Shown: positions 19,591-29,074 of the stretch, one piece after another
Layout: each line of letters starts with the position of its first letter
How positions within the stretch are numbered: the first letter of the stretch is position 1
DNA from: an uncultured Verrucomicrobiae bacterium
Lineage (GTDB): Bacteria; Verrucomicrobiota; Verrucomicrobiia; Limisphaerales; Palsa-1400
DNA: 64,000 nucleotides
Direction: 5' to 3'
NCBI GenBank assembly: GCA_963702845.1
Contig: OY969763.1
Location: 4,352,001-4,416,000 of the forward strand
The notes under the pieces: generated by a model
Told to the model about the DNA's origin: nothing
Database searches by the model: none
The model's input: the letters and a program-made list of their open reading frames with translations, nothing else
Made by a program: the position numbers and the translations under genes

Positions 19591-20871
19591 TTATTGCGCT
19601 TTCGCCGGCGCGTAACGTTCCACTCGCACTTTGGCGGTGATCGCATGCGCCAGCATCCGTTCCACATTGCATTGACGCTCCGTGACCTTTCCCACTTCGA
19701 CACTCGCAGCGGACGTCATCCGCTGGTAGGTGCACGTCTTCAGGAATTTGCCCACCCAAACTCCGCCGGTATATCGCGCTGCGCGGCTGGTCGGTAGAAT
19801 GTGATTCGTCCCGATCGATTTGTCCCCATACGCAACGGTCGTTTCCTCTCCGATAAACAACGAACCGAAATTGGTCAGATGACCAAAGTAATAGTCCGTA
19901 TCCTCAACATGCAGTTCCAGATGTTCCGGTGCATAATCATCGCTCAGTTCGACTGCTTCTTCCGGCGATTCGGCCACGTGCACGATTCCATTGTCGCGCC
20001 ACGATAACGCCGCGATCTCTTGCGTCGGCAACACCGCCAATTGTTTTTCCACTTCAGCCAACGTCTTTTGCGCGAAGGCTTCGCTCAAACAAATCAAATA
20101 ACCGCCACTGTTGGGATCGTGCTCTGCCTGCCCCAACAAATCACACGCGACCAACGCCGGATCCGCCGAATCATCCGCGATGATTGCGATCTCCGTCGGA
20201 CCGGCCAAAAGATCGATGCCGCAACGGCCGAACAATTGTCGCTTGGCTTCCGCGACAAATTTATTGCCAGCGCCACACAGAATATCGACAGGTTTGACCC
20301 CTTCCAATCCAAACGCCATCAACGCTAACGCGGGCACTCCGCCAAGAATAAAGATGCGATCGGCGCCCGCGGTCTTCATCGCATTGATCGTGGCGGGAAA
20401 CCAGCCTTCACCTTTGACCGGTGGAGTGCAGGCAACAACCGTTTTTACGCCGGCAACTTTCGCTGGAATAATACTCATCTGCGCAGAGCCAAACATCGGG
20501 TAGCGGCTGCCCGGAATATAACCGCCGACTGAATTCACCGGGATATGTTTATGTCCCAGCATCACTCCCGGACGGATCTCCACTTCTAGCGGCAGCAGTG
20601 TTTTCAATTGCGCATGGGCGAACCGGCGAACGTTGCCCTGACAAAATTCAGTATCCGTAACCACCTGTTCCGGCAGCGTGTCGATGATGGACGCGACCTG
20701 CTTCGCCGACAGCTCGTAGGATGACGGCGACCATTGATCGAACTGCTGACTGTAGCGCCGGACTGCATCCATCCCGTCGCGCTCCAATTCCCGCAACATT
20801 TCCGAAACCACTCGGGCTGTTTCAGGATCGTTTTCAAACAAACGATGGCGTCCGGCTTTAATCACTTTCAT
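19591..20871 (-). CDS. Histidinol dehydrogenase family protein (probably a catabolic, HpsN-like paralog)
   Basis: GQAEHDP, APEHLEL, GTNHILPT; start MKVIK at 20871 preferred over 21003. Confidence 0.85.
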   Translation of the reverse strand: MKVIKAGRHRLFENDPETARVVSEMLRELERDGMDAVRRYSQQFDQWSPSSYELSAKQVASIIDTLPEQVVTDTEFCQGNVRRFAHAQLKTLLPLEVEIRPGVMLGHKHIPVNSVGGYIPGSRYPMFGSAQMSIIPAKVAGVKTVVACTPPVKGEGWFPATINAMKTAGADRIFILGGVPALALMAFGLEGVKPVDILCGAGNKFVAEAKRQLFGRCGIDLLAGPTEIAIIADDSADPALVACDLLGQAEHDPNSGGYLICLSEAFAQKTLAEVEKQLAVLPTQEIAALSWRDNGIVHVAESPEEAVELSDDYAPEHLELHVEDTDYYFGHLTNFGSLFIGEETTVAYGDKSIGTNHILPTSRAARYTGGVWVGKFLKTCTYQRMTSAASVEVGKVTERQCNVERMLAHAITAKVRVERYAPAKAQ

Positions 20872-21281
20872 GCGAGGAAAAATACAAAGAAAACTGCGAA
20901 TGCCAAACATGTATCCGTCACGTCTCTCTAATGTGATTATATGTAAATACTTAACGCCTTTCGACCGCCTCCACGCTGGCCGTAATTGCAATGGTGGCGA
21001 CATTCAACGTCGAGAGGACCATCACTCATGCCGATCCACCGAGGACCAGGCCCCGCTTAGCAGAATAAACTACGTGAAAACGCTACCGCCAGGGTAGCTA
21101 CACCGAAGACGAAAATCGCTACGGAAACGATTGGGTCATTGGAAAACCGTGCCCAATTTTGGCACTGGTGCTGTTCCAATAACAGCACCAGTGCCAAGGC
21201 GGCCAAGCAGTATACCGTAGGCGGTTGCGTCACCCTTCTGGCGTTGTTTATCGTAACTCAGCCATCGGGTTTTAGAAGGCA

Positions 21282-21814
21282 TTGAGGCCAGCAGGCGCGT
21301 ATCCAAACATTTTTCCCGTGAGGCCACCCCAGCCCTGCTTCCCGGAGAGGGTACACGCGGAAAAAACGCGGTCTGAGGCATTCCATTTTCGCGAGCGCTT
21401 TGGAATGCGGCCCATCTCCTATTTCTCGGCGGAAAGTGAATCGGCCGTGCCGCCTGATTTGCGAACGCAATGCTGACGCAAACCGCATTACAGCCTGCTT
21501 GTCTGTACAACGGGGGAGCTGCCGACGTGTAGCCAGCCGTAATTCACTATTTACTTCCGTGACACGTTTTTGCTGTCACGGCATCAAAGGCAATGGTGCC
21601 CTCGTAAACAAAGGGGTGTCACGCTGTCACGGTTCGAGAGCCCCGTCACGTGATAAGACTCTCACTAGACGACTACGCCACGGTAACACGCGCGGAGCTC
21701 AGGCCAGACCGGATCATTTTTTCAAAATTCTTTGAGGCCAGCAGACGCGTATACGCACATTTTCCGGCGCCCCCCCAACCCCGCTTACCAGGGGGAGGAG
21801 GTGCAACGCGAAAA
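21282..21814. repeat. Two imperfect ~85-bp direct repeats (21282-21366 and 21732-21814)
   Basis: TTGAGGCCAGCAGgCGCGTATcCaaACATTTT versus TTGAGGCCAGCAGaCGCGTATaCgcACATTTT, with similar C-rich/G-rich tails ending CGCG(G)AAAA. Confidence 0.7.
21557..21650. repeat. Cluster of TGTCACG heptamers, direct and inverted
   Basis: CCGTGACA 21557-64, TGTCACGG 21574-81, TGTCACG 21617-23 and 21625-31, CGTCACG 21644-50. Confidence 0.7.
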
Positions 21815-22633
21815 CTGGCCAAACCAGCCGTTTCGCGTTGTTGCATATCCGACTGTGAGGCCGCCAACCGAATATCGGTCGGGCTAAACGAACCGCGATG
21901 AAAGCTCCCCCTCTTCTTTAAAATTATGTTGTTCGTGCGCCGCTTTCTGGCTGCGTCGGTGTAAGTGGGGCGCCTGGCTGACAAAGCTCCCAACCGGAAT
22001 AGACTACGATCCGCGAGGTGTGCGCATCGAAGTCGATAACGGCTAAATCGGCCAAACCCCCGATCACGTTGTCGTCGGCAATGGCGACCGTCGTTAAAAA
22101 GTTCCTGAATCCAGAGCCACCGCGTGATAGCTCTGAGCCTCTCAAATGTCGCATCCGACACAGCAATTCAATCGCCGACAGTGGAAATACACCAAGGTGC
22201 GGCGGAGTGGACACGATAAGACTCACGTTCATCCGGCTAATTCGCAGGCGGAGGTTGCCGGGCCCTCAATTCGCAAATATCAAGAAACCTGATCGCGCTG
22301 ATGAAGGCGCGTAATACACGAACGTTTTCGTAAACGCTCTGGTCAAAGAGACGTGCGAAGTGGCCGCAATGATGGGCAATGAGATTTTAATGAAGCGAGT
22401 TGTGAGCCAATGTCGCGAACGAAAACTCTCCAACGCGGGTTCCTCGGATGGATTTTGCAAAGCGAGGCGCTGCTCTTAGGCGTGTTTTTCCGCGAAGTCG
22501 GCGATACGAGCGCGTTTTTTTGTGGGTGCATTGCCCTGCTTCAGAACCCGAAAAAGGGGACAGGCAAACTTTTTCTCAACCACAACTAAAACACAAACCT
22601 CAACGAAACGCCTGATTTAATTGATTAAAAAAG

Positions 22634-22710
22634 TGGTGCATCCGACAGGACTTGAACCTGTAACCTTCTGATCCGAAGTCAGAAGCTCTATCCAATTGAG
22701 CTACGGATGC
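22634..22710 (-). tRNA. tRNA-Arg, anticodon UCG
   Basis: GCATCCG-TAGCTCAATTGGATAGAGC-T-TCTGA-CTTCGGA-TCAGA-AGGTT-ACAGG-TTCAAGT-CCTGT-CGGATGC-ACCA; 77-nt cloverleaf with encoded CCA. Confidence 0.97.
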
Positions 22711-22744
22711 GTCCTATCTATCAGAACAGAAATCGCAGACTGTG

Positions 22745-24244
22745 TCAAAACGTCAGGGCTGAAATGCACCGATGCTCAATTTCTGACCAGGAGAAATCGG
22801 TTTGCTGCTCTGGTGCTTTTTTGTACTCGCGGTCAATCGGCAACGCCGCGGGCGCAAGTGGGGTTGCGTTACCCTGACAAACAGAGCGCGAACTTAGATG
22901 AAAGTTTTCGCCGGGCCCGTCAACGAACGCAGGGGTTGAATCCAGGACACTCGTCTTTTCACCGCGAATAATCGCGTCCTTTGCTTCGGCCACCTGACGG
23001 AAGCCGGGTTTTAAAAAGTTATTGTTCAGTTGCAAGATGCCTTTGCCATAGCGCATCAACACCAGCGATTTCCCGCCGACTTCGGTGAAAAAGATGTTAT
23101 TGCGCGCATCGCAAATTTCGTCATTGCTCGAAATCCAAAAGAGCTGCGTTCCATCTTTCTTCGTCGAGACAACGGTATTGTTATAAAAATACAGCGTGCC
23201 CTTGCGGTAAGTGCTGGCCTTAGGCCCATCGCCTCCGTAGTGAACGACTTGCGCATGCCCCGGCCCGCCGCGCTTGATGAGCACGTTGCCATAAACGAAA
23301 GTCTGGCGATAACGCGGGTCCTCACGGAGGATCTTGCTGTCCTCAGCATCGACTAAATCGAGCACTTTGTCGCCGCCATCGAACCAATTGTAGCGAATGA
23401 CGCAGGCCGACGAGCGGTCCTTCAGATTGTTGGAAACAGCGCCTTTGCGCAGGGGACCAAACCAATTGTTTTGAAACGTAATCCCTTTCGCTTCGGTGTA
23501 GGCATTATGTTCGTACCCGCTGGGATCACCGTTGTCAAAGATGTGACAGCTTTCGACCAGGATGTCTTCGGCGGCATATTTGTCGTTGGAACTGACGACT
23601 AATCCGTTGCCGGAATTGCGCAGAGTGCAGTTGCGGATGATCAGATGTTCGCAGTGTTCAACCCAAAGCGCGGCAGCATTGCGGACGTATTTTTCCACGT
23701 TCCCTTTGCCGTCAGTGAAGCTGAACGCAGGACGCCCGCTGGTGATGTCGAGGTTCTCGATAACGATCCACTTCGAACCGATTTTGTTGGCATTCCGCGC
23801 GCCGCCGATCTTAACAACCCCGCGCGACTCGCCCCAGTAATCACAATTTTTGCTGGTCGTTGCATCTTCCCCATCAATCACGGGTAATGCTCCGTTCGGG
23901 CCTGCCACGCCACGGATCGTGGTAGGCGCTTTTTCGGTTCCTTCGACAGCAATGACCCATTTATTTTTGTAAGGTTCACTGCGCCAATGAATCAAAACAG
24001 TATCGCCCGCTTGCAGCCTGTCCCATGGAACGTCGTTTGGCGTTTTTAGCTTTGCACTCGGGCCAACTTCGTAGGTCGCCGGCGAATGCGACTTTTCAGC
24101 AGGTGCAACCGGAGCAGCGGCTTGCGTCGGCGCCGCAGCCGCAGAAGTCTCGATTGGTGCATTTACCACCGCTGTGTTGCAAGCGCACACGAACAATGCA
24201 GCTGGCAAAAACTTCCACCAATTGGACTTAAAATTTGAGTTCAT
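22745..24244 (-). CDS. Right-handed parallel beta-helix protein, probable secreted polysaccharide lyase-like lipoprotein
   Basis: VCAC lipobox-like start; LQAGDTVLI, IIRNCTLRNSGNG, FYNNTVV beta-helix repeats; C-terminus probably shifted by an extra base at 22817-22822. Confidence 0.72.
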   Translation of the reverse strand: MNSNFKSNWWKFLPAALFVCACNTAVVNAPIETSAAAAPTQAAAPVAPAEKSHSPATYEVGPSAKLKTPNDVPWDRLQAGDTVLIHWRSEPYKNKWVIAVEGTEKAPTTIRGVAGPNGALPVIDGEDATTSKNCDYWGESRGVVKIGGARNANKIGSKWIVIENLDITSGRPAFSFTDGKGNVEKYVRNAAALWVEHCEHLIIRNCTLRNSGNGLVVSSNDKYAAEDILVESCHIFDNGDPSGYEHNAYTEAKGITFQNNWFGPLRKGAVSNNLKDRSSACVIRYNWFDGGDKVLDLVDAEDSKILREDPRYRQTFVYGNVLIKRGGPGHAQVVHYGGDGPKASTYRKGTLYFYNNTVVSTKKDGTQLFWISSNDEICDARNNIFFTEVGGKSLVLMRYGKGILQLNNNFLKPGFRQVAEAKDAIIRGEKTSVLDSTPAFVDGPGENFHLSSRSVCQGNATPLAPAALPIDREYKKAPEQQTDFSWSEIEHRCISALTF

Positions 24245-24245
24245 A

Positions 24246-25502
24246 TCACGGGAACAGTCCGCGGATTTTCTTGGCTTCATGAACGCGTTTGATGCCTAAC
24301 GTTAATGCCGCGCGACGCATCGGGATTTTTTGTTTCTTGGCCAGCGCCAATGTTTGTGAAAACGCGGTTTCCAAAATGCGGAAGAGCTTGTCCATCACCT
24401 CGGTTTCGCTCCAGAAAAAGCTCTGTAAATCTTGCACCCATTCAAAGTAAGACACCACAACGCCGCCCGCGTTGCAGAGAATGTCAGGAATAACGAAAAT
24501 TTCCGGACGTTGTTCGATGATCCTGTCCGCAGCCGGCGTTGTGGGCCCATTGGCAGCTTCCGCGAGGATGCGGCATTTTATTTTAGCCGCGTTGTCGTGG
24601 GTAATTTGCCGTTCAAGCGCGGCGGGCACGAGAATTTCGCACGGCAGCTCCAACAACTCCTGGTTCGAGACGGCTTGCGCTTCACCGAAACCAGCTACGC
24701 TGCTGGTCTTGGCCACGTGGTCGTCGAGCTTCCACAGATCGATGCCTTTTTCGTTGTAAACACCACCAAACGCGTCACTGACGGCGATCACTTTGACTCC
24801 GTATTTCGCCAATGAAAATGCAGTGACCGAACCGACGTTGCCAAACCCTTGAACAACCGCGCGACAGGCGGTCGGGGCAAGGCCGATTACGTCGAGTGCG
24901 CGATTAATAAGATAACTGACCCCACGACCAGTCGCTTCGCGTCGTCCGAGCGAACCGCCGATGCTGACCGGTTTACCGGTGACAATTCCCGGAACCGTAT
25001 AGCCAGTGTGGACCGAATACGTGTCCATCATCCAAGCCATTATCTGTTCGTTCGTGCCCATATCGGGCGCCATGACATCGACCTTTTCGCCGATGAACGG
25101 GATCATTTCCTGAGTGTAACGACGGGTGAGACGTTCAAGCTCCTGTTGCGAAAGTTTTCGCGGATCACACGTTACCCCGCCCTTGGCACCGCCGTAGGGC
25201 AAACCGGTGAGAGCGCATTTCCAACTCATCCACATGGCCAGGGCCGCGACTTCCCCGAGCGTCACGTCTGGATGATAGCGCAGCCCGCCTTTCGTCGGAC
25301 CGAGCGTGAGGTGATGTTGAACGCGGTAACCAGTGAACATCCGCGTACTGCCGTCGTCGCAGTGAATCGGAAGGGCGACGGTCATCGAGCGCTTTGGATA
25401 CTTTAGCCGGTCGCGATCGTTTGTGGGAATCTGCAGGTGATCGGCAACAAGGTCGAACTGCTCACAAGCCATCCGGAATGTCGGATGATCGTAAATTTCC
25501 AT
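24246..25502 (-). CDS. Glu/Leu/Phe/Val dehydrogenase (probably glutamate dehydrogenase)
   Basis: GPTKGGLRY, GGAKGG, APDMGT, QGFGNVG, EAANGP, NAGGVVVSYFEW. Confidence 0.93.
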   Translation of the reverse strand: MEIYDHPTFRMACEQFDLVADHLQIPTNDRDRLKYPKRSMTVALPIHCDDGSTRMFTGYRVQHHLTLGPTKGGLRYHPDVTLGEVAALAMWMSWKCALTGLPYGGAKGGVTCDPRKLSQQELERLTRRYTQEMIPFIGEKVDVMAPDMGTNEQIMAWMMDTYSVHTGYTVPGIVTGKPVSIGGSLGRREATGRGVSYLINRALDVIGLAPTACRAVVQGFGNVGSVTAFSLAKYGVKVIAVSDAFGGVYNEKGIDLWKLDDHVAKTSSVAGFGEAQAVSNQELLELPCEILVPAALERQITHDNAAKIKCRILAEAANGPTTPAADRIIEQRPEIFVIPDILCNAGGVVVSYFEWVQDLQSFFWSETEVMDKLFRILETAFSQTLALAKKQKIPMRRAALTLGIKRVHEAKKIRGLFP

Positions 25503-25581
25503 GGCACGTCAATGTAAGGTTGGGGCCGCTTGAAAGTCGAGTGCTCGTCTTGCGATTTTCCGAGCGAAATTTGCCCGTCTG

Positions 25582-27093
25582 TCAACGAGATGAATGTTCA
25601 CTCAAGTCATAACACGCCATCTCAACCGCATTACGCACAAAAATTCTGCCATCAGCGATCGCCGGATAATTCCAGGTTTTGCCTTCAATTGCCTGAAATC
25701 GTGCAAGCTCTTCGAATGCGTTCGGGTCCGCTTTGACCAACGCCAACTCACCGGAACCGCTCAACACAATCAGCTGCGCATCGTGACTCTGCGGATTCAC
25801 GGTGAGCAAAACCTGCCCGTAACCGTAGCGCCCGTCCTTCCACTTACGCTCGCCCGTGTTCGCGTCGAGGCAGGTTAAAATGTCTTCGTCCAATCCGTAG
25901 ATAAATCCGTTCCAGTAAATCGAGCTGGTAAATTTATTTTTCAGATTCTTGTTCTTCCATAACATCTGCGGAGCCAATTCGTTCCCGGTTGAAGTGAGTT
26001 CGATCTCCATGCAACCAGTTGCGTAACCTGCGGACATCACGATGCGATTCGTTGCAACGATTATCGGTTGTGCAATGGGAGTTTGCTCGTTTCCGACGTG
26101 CCACGGATATTGCCACAGCAACTTCCCATCGCTCGGGTCAAGACCCATGACGCGGGTGAAACTGACGTTTAGAATCTGACGCTTTCCAGCGAGCGTTGTG
26201 ATCACCGGAGACGTATAGGATTGCTTGTCATCGAGCACGTGCCACAACAGCGCACCAGTCTCTTTGTTGTATGCGATGACCGACTTTTTGTTTGAGCCGC
26301 CGGCAGTGACAATCACCTTGTCATCGACAATGAGCGGTGACGCAGCGATCCCATAGGTCAAAACCTCGCCGCCGTTTTCGACAATGATGTCGTGTTTCCA
26401 AATCGTTTTTCCGCTCGCGGCATCCAGGCATCGGAATTCGCCGCGACCGCCGAGCGCGTAAATCTTACCCTCATCATACGTGGGCGTCGCCCGCGGCCCT
26501 TCCCCACCGATCGGCTCTTCAAATTTCGCCTGCCATTTGTGCGCCCACACTTCACGACCGCTTTGAACATCATACGCCGTGACCACCTCGTCCTCGCGCC
26601 GCTGCTCAATCGTATAAGCGCGCCCCTCGGCCACAGCAAATGACGCGTAGCCTCCACCGACCGGTTGCCGCCAAATTTTTGGCAAACCTTCCTTCGGCCA
26701 ATTCGTGGATATAGCCGACTGCGCATAAACGCCATCACGGTTGGGTCCACGGAAGTTTGTCCAGTAAGGCTTAGGAAAATGATTCGTCGACGCGGCGATT
26801 TTGGGCTGATGCGCGCGGCTGGACTCGAGTCGCGTGTAATCAGGCAATGTTTTGGAAAACGTGATCGCGGGCAAATAACCACCGCGCCACTCGACCACGT
26901 CGATTCCCAACTCGAAGTACAAAAAGCAAACGATCGCCGCAACGTAGAGGATCGAAAAAATCGGAATATAGATTGTGCCCAGGATTTTCCTGCGCAACCG
27001 CACTTCCTTGCTGCGCCACAACAACACCAACGCAAGAGGCGGAAACAAAAACGTTGCAACGCGAATCGCCCTGAGTGATTGGAATTTTTTCAG
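25582..27093 (-). CDS. Membrane-anchored PQQ-like (BamB-type) beta-propeller protein
   Basis: WTNFRGPNRDG, repeated LDA.SGK..W blades, two N-terminal hydrophobic segments; start uncertain (27048 TTG or 27093 CTG). Confidence 0.8.
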   Translation of the reverse strand: MKKFQSLRAIRVATFLFPPLALVLLWRSKEVRLRRKILGTIYIPIFSILYVAAIVCFLYFELGIDVVEWRGGYLPAITFSKTLPDYTRLESSRAHQPKIAASTNHFPKPYWTNFRGPNRDGVYAQSAISTNWPKEGLPKIWRQPVGGGYASFAVAEGRAYTIEQRREDEVVTAYDVQSGREVWAHKWQAKFEEPIGGEGPRATPTYDEGKIYALGGRGEFRCLDAASGKTIWKHDIIVENGGEVLTYGIAASPLIVDDKVIVTAGGSNKKSVIAYNKETGALLWHVLDDKQSYTSPVITTLAGKRQILNVSFTRVMGLDPSDGKLLWQYPWHVGNEQTPIAQPIIVATNRIVMSAGYATGCMEIELTSTGNELAPQMLWKNKNLKNKFTSSIYWNGFIYGLDEDILTCLDANTGERKWKDGRYGYGQVLLTVNPQSHDAQLIVLSGSGELALVKADPNAFEELARFQAIEGKTWNYPAIADGRIFVRNAVEMACYDLSEHSSR

Positions 27094-27187
27094 TGCCCGC
27101 TCCTTTGCGCCATGATTCTCCCAACGCTCTTTAGATGCAACTCCAGAGAGGCTTTCGGTTTTCCCGGCGGCGGGATAGATTTCAATA

Positions 27188-27748
27188 GTGCGCGCGTTTA
27201 TCGCAATTCATCCGAGTGCTAAAGTGGTCGAACGATTGGCCGACTTGCGCGCCAAGTTAGAATCCGATTTACCCACTTCAGCGGTGCGCTGGAGCGATCA
27301 ACTGCACCTCACGACTCAGTTCCTTGGCACGATCGATGATGCGCGCGTGAAAGAATACGGAGCCGCCGTTCAAAAAGCGTGTGCTGGCATAAAACCGTTC
27401 ACCCTCTGTTGCTCTGGTATCGGTTGTTTCCCAACTGCCCACCAACCGCGTGTCATCTGGGCCGGATTAAGCGGCGAGTTAGAACCATTGCGCACACTAA
27501 AAAACGCCCTCGATAAACTGCTCGGTCAACTGGGCTACGTCCCCGAAACGCGCGCCTTCAAACCACACCTGACCATCGCCCGCGTTCGCCAACTCAATGC
27601 CAGGCAACGTCAACGTATGCCGAAAATCGTGGAACAGTTCCACGACACCGCGTTTGGCGAATGGCGCGTAGACCGCATCGAATTGATGCAAAGCCTTCTC
27701 TCACCGAAAGGTGCGCAATACAAAGTTGTCGAATTCGTTGAGCTTTAA
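27188..27748 (+). CDS. thpR: RNA 2',3'-cyclic phosphodiesterase
   Basis: MRAFIAI start and two HxT motifs (LHLT, PHLTIAR). Confidence 0.9.
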   Translation: MRAFIAIHPSAKVVERLADLRAKLESDLPTSAVRWSDQLHLTTQFLGTIDDARVKEYGAAVQKACAGIKPFTLCCSGIGCFPTAHQPRVIWAGLSGELEPLRTLKNALDKLLGQLGYVPETRAFKPHLTIARVRQLNARQRQRMPKIVEQFHDTAFGEWRVDRIELMQSLLSPKGAQYKVVEFVEL

Positions 27749-27853
27749 GAGCGTCCAACGCAAGAAATAGCCGTTCCTGGCAATTGGGGTGTAGCGCATT
27801 GTTCCAGATTCAGTTTCAATTGCGGGACGGTTTAGCTAAACTTTTCGTTTTGG

Positions 27854-29071
27854 ATGAAAAAGGCATTAATATTTTTAATCGTTGTTGCAGTGTTGGGTGG
27901 CGGCGGTTTTTTCGGCTGGAAAAAACTTAAAGCGCAAACACCGACGCACACCGTAGTCCGGGCCACCACCGCGCAGGTGATGCTCCGTGACATTCACCTG
28001 GTGCTGGATTCTGCCGGCGATATCAGCCCGGCTGACCAGGTTTCCGTTCGCCCGGAGGTAAACGGCAAAATTGCGAACCTGCCGGTGGACATCGGCGATC
28101 AGGTCAAGAAAGGACAGGTCCTTTTTACACTCGACGATTCCGATCTGCAGGCGGAGCGATCCTCGAAAGTTTCGGAAATCTCCAGCGCCAAGCTTCAACT
28201 GGAAAAAACGGAGCGCAATTTCGAGCGCGGCGAAAAACTGTTCCGAGACAAATTGATCTCCCGCGAAGTCTACGACGATGCCAAGACCGACTTCGACATG
28301 GCAAAAAATTCGCTGGAAAAACTGAAACAGGAAATGAACCTGATGGACGTTAACATTTCGAAGACGCGCATCCTCGCCCCCTTCGATTGCACCATTCTCA
28401 CTCGTCCAGTTTCCATGGGGCAGGCTGTCTCCGGCTCAGGCGGGTTCAACAGCGGCACCGAAGTGATGACCATCGCCAACCTCGATGACATGATTATTCT
28501 CGCTCACGTCAACCAGGCCGACGTGGCGCATCTGCGTGGCGGCCAGCCGGTCGACGTTCGGGTTGAGTCTGTTCCTGACCTGAAGATGAAAGGCCAGATC
28601 GAACGCATCGCCCCACAAGCCACCATTCGCAATAACCTGAAAGGCTTTGACGTTCGCATCACTATTCATGCTATCGATAAACGGGTCCGCCCAGGTATGA
28701 CGGCGAATCTTTCGATTCCGGTCATCTCCAGCAAAGACACCCTTTCCATTCCCATTAACGCTGTCTTCACAGAGCCGAACAACGATACCAAAGACATGGA
28801 CCGTTTTGTTTACATCAAAAAAGGCGAAGATACTTACGAGCGCCGTCCGATTTCGCTAGGTGTGAGCGACAATAATTTCGCGGAAATTATCGACGGGGTG
28901 ACAACGAACGATGTCGTTACACTCGAAGAACCGCCAGACGGCGCCGAGGTGAAGAGTGTCACGGGCAAACCTCTGAAGAAGAAACGTAGCGGCAAAGGGA
29001 GCCGCGTTGCTGGCGGCGGAGGCGGCAGCAGCACCAACCGCATCAGCGCCGCGAGCCTTGTTCCAAAATAG
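27854..29071 (+). CDS. MacA-like periplasmic adaptor (membrane fusion protein)
   Basis: N-terminal TM, lipoyl motif VDIGDQVKKGQVL, coiled coil, RPGMTA. Confidence 0.9.
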   Translation: MKKALIFLIVVAVLGGGGFFGWKKLKAQTPTHTVVRATTAQVMLRDIHLVLDSAGDISPADQVSVRPEVNGKIANLPVDIGDQVKKGQVLFTLDDSDLQAERSSKVSEISSAKLQLEKTERNFERGEKLFRDKLISREVYDDAKTDFDMAKNSLEKLKQEMNLMDVNISKTRILAPFDCTILTRPVSMGQAVSGSGGFNSGTEVMTIANLDDMIILAHVNQADVAHLRGGQPVDVRVESVPDLKMKGQIERIAPQATIRNNLKGFDVRITIHAIDKRVRPGMTANLSIPVISSKDTLSIPINAVFTEPNNDTKDMDRFVYIKKGEDTYERRPISLGVSDNNFAEIIDGVTTNDVVTLEEPPDGAEVKSVTGKPLKKKRSGKGSRVAGGGGGSSTNRISAASLVPK

Positions 29072-29074
29072 CCT

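Noticed and set aside
20872..21003. N-terminal extension of the HisD-like ORF
   Set aside because: AT-rich, promoter-like sequence; family-like sequence begins at MKVIK (20871)
21136..22531. Short ORFs between the HisD-like gene and the tRNA
   Set aside because: Overlapping, no recognisable domains or clear RBS; parts of 21924-22232 may be gene fragments but cannot be supported
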